A DNA stretch of 64,000 bases. Origin: Leptogorgia sarmentosa. Lineage: Eukaryota. The notes beneath the pieces are model-generated. The model ran no database searches and had not been told where the DNA came from. It saw only the letters and a program-made list of their open reading frames with translations. Below, one piece after another: positions 61,550 to 64,000 of the stretch; the first letter of the stretch is position 1, and the number at the start of each line of letters is the position of its first letter. The position numbers and the translations under genes are program-made. The stretch spans positions 12,710,001 to 12,774,000 of the forward strand of contig OZ210885.1 of the NCBI GenBank assembly GCA_964658305.1. The letters run 5' to 3'.

Positions 61550-61830
61550 TAATTTTGTCGAGCTCCGTTGGCTCAGAGGTTCTGGTCCCGACTCGCCAGC
61601 AGCGACCCCGCAGGTTCGAATCTCGTGTGTTGGCTTTTTGTCATTTTGTGTTTTTTTTCAAGCTTTTTTTCTCAGCATTTTGTTGTTAGGGTCAGAATTA
61701 CTGTTTGGGCCTGGATTAGGAAAACAAAAAGAAAAGACAATATTTTCTTTTTACAGTCAGAATTGCCATATAATATTCTCGACCCAGTACCTCCCGAGCA
61801 AAGTGATCCAAAAAAAAATTTCTGCTGTCG
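61550..61830 (+). repeat. Interspersed repeat with tRNA-like head, copy 2 (SINE-like)
   Basis: A box TGGCTCAGAGG 61569-61579, B box GGTTCGAATCT 61613-61623. Homologous to 31055-31350. Confidence 0.65.
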
Positions 61831-64000
61831 CACATCATTTGCGAATGTGCAGCACTGCGATTATCATGTATTTAGCAAGTCAAGAATTTCGCGTCACACC
61901 TGTACGCTGACCGATTAAGCAAGCTAGTATATTGTCCAAGTCCATTAAAATTCAGAATACAGGTAATAGAAGAATAATGTGAAGAATAGAATACAACCTT
62001 GTAGAATACAACTCTTGGGATCGTACGTTTTGCTTTTTGATTCAAGATCATTTTCCCTATCCTATCAGGTATAAAAGCCCTTGGCATTGCACTGACTGCA
62101 GTCAGCTGTATTTACCTTGATCGTATCTGCTCGGTGCGTCATGAAACGATATTCCCGTTGCATATTTTTGGTCATACATTCGAGAATCAAGAATCTCTTT
62201 ACAAAGTCTCTCTACAGCTTTGCTTTCTCACTTCAAAGGTTATTCCACGAAATATAGCCCACCAATCCCGTCTGTTTTGTCTACCTTATAGTTTTAATAC
62301 AGCAACTGCATGGCTCTAACAGACGATGGTTTAACAACGTCCGTGTTATTTGTTGCTTGTTCTGTATCTCTATTAAAACCTTCCATTATTGAACACGTTT
62401 CGCATTTAGAAGAAGAAATATACAAGCTAATGTCTTGTGATCAGTGAATTTTGTTGTTATTCATTATATGTCTTACTTACTATGCACACGTCACAAGGCC
62501 GGAATTTTTGGTACCAGTCCTTCATCATGTAAAATGTCCTATAGCCCAACTTTAGCCTAAAATTCACAAACTTCTCGTTCGACGTTGTCAACAAGATTGG
62601 TATCAATATGCTCCGCAAAGATGGAATTTTCAGATCATGTAAAAAAATTCGAAATGTTCATCTTGTATACACTTTAATGGGTTCATTAATGTCTGAGTGT
62701 GATGACTAAACATGTAACAGATAGATAACAACCAGCAAAACTCTTTGCTCATGACCTACATAATTGATACAAAAAGGTTTGATATTTCGAACGACTGCCC
62801 ACTTCGCCAGGAATTATTGTGGGAGGTGAGGGACACATGTTTTATACATACAAGTGCATTAAAGGAGCACTGTCACACCGAAAAGCTGAGATTCGAAATA
62901 AATAAAATAGGTACACCAAGTGACATGTATCTGCGCGCAAGTTACCAGCTGATACAAACTTGTCATTGCGCGACCTGTCGAATCTGTCCCGCATATGTGT
63001 CACCTTGCATGTATAAAATAGCATACAAATAGCGCGACTATTTTCCCGAAAATAGTGCTTCCTAAGGCGCGAGGTTGTGCTTTGAGTACTTAATATAAGC
63101 TTTCATAAATACATTCTGCGAATATCAAATTGCATTGGAATTGAAACTGGGCGACATAGCTACGATATGGCATATTTTAAAGACCTTCAATTTTATTGAT
63201 GTTGTCGCGAAATATGTGGCTTTCTAGTGACCAAGTTTACCCTTTGTATAAGACCACTTACATGCAACATATTCTGTCCATGTTTTTAAATTGTCCATGT
63301 CGTTTTAAAATATAATTGCGCACTTCCTGAGATGTAGAATGTGAAAATTGATTGCCTAAACTTTCGTATTTGAAGGCTACACTTTACATTCTATTGGGGC
63401 AAACATTGCAACATAACATGCCGTTGTTTTGAATGATTTTTCGAACTGTAATGGCACATTTACTGGGATTTATATTTCGCAATGCAACCGCAATGCTACG
63501 AGAGTAAATTTACAGAATCGCAACTTCTAATTCGACGAAATAACACGCTGCTGCTATAATTGCAATTGTACATTTAATAATACTTAATCAGAAAGACAAA
63601 ATTGTTTGTCTAAACGTTCGCATTTCAACACTACACTTTACATTTTTTCGGCAAAAGCAATGCAACATCGCCTCCGCTCCTCCACGGCCGCCATCTTGTC
63701 GTTACGTCATCTCAAAAGTATTTAACGGACTTAACAAGCGCGATAGCAATATATCTGCGCAAAAAGATATATTAAAAATAAGCATGCACAATGCGTGCAT
63801 ACGTCTACGTTGATGCTATAAATTTTGAAACTCATTGTACGATACAAATATTGCAATCCGAAAATATAGGTATGTGACGCAACAAAGTTTCAAATGTTAT
63901 TCTTATTCTAAATCCCCCCCTCCAGGCTGGATGAGTGAAAATGCTTTAGAAATCGCTTTACCGAAGCTTTGAAATGAGTCCTTCGAATGAACGTTAGAAC

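Noticed and set aside
61900..62400. Coding-looking minus-strand segment upstream of the Crypton exons
   Set aside because: Multiple stops and no recognisable motif; cannot be assigned.

Overview
AT-rich, intron-containing animal DNA, probably an anthozoan cnidarian (inferred from the gene and TE families). It is a transposon-dense region with several decayed host genes and a shuffled tRNA cluster at about 24.9-35.2 kb. The standout is a young, complete DNA transposon at 16729-22466 (TAC..GTA ends, 6-bp TSD TATTTC, IS3EU-like). Its long TIRs hold tandem arrays plus the presumed promoter and the first 60 codons, including most of a Zn-ribbon, of both convergent genes: a DDE transposase and a HECT E3 ubiquitin ligase. 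It interrupts an RNase L/Ire1-type KEN-domain exon. A complete Mutator element (42076-49416, 9-bp TSD) carries a putative deubiquitinase-like cysteine protease exon and sits in intron 1 of a disabled LDL-receptor-family gene. Also present: hammerhead ribozymes in Penelope-type elements, an intron-containing tRNA-Thr(AGT), P-element, EnSpm and Crypton remnants, and many MITEs. All family assignments come from motif recognition by eye; no searches were run.
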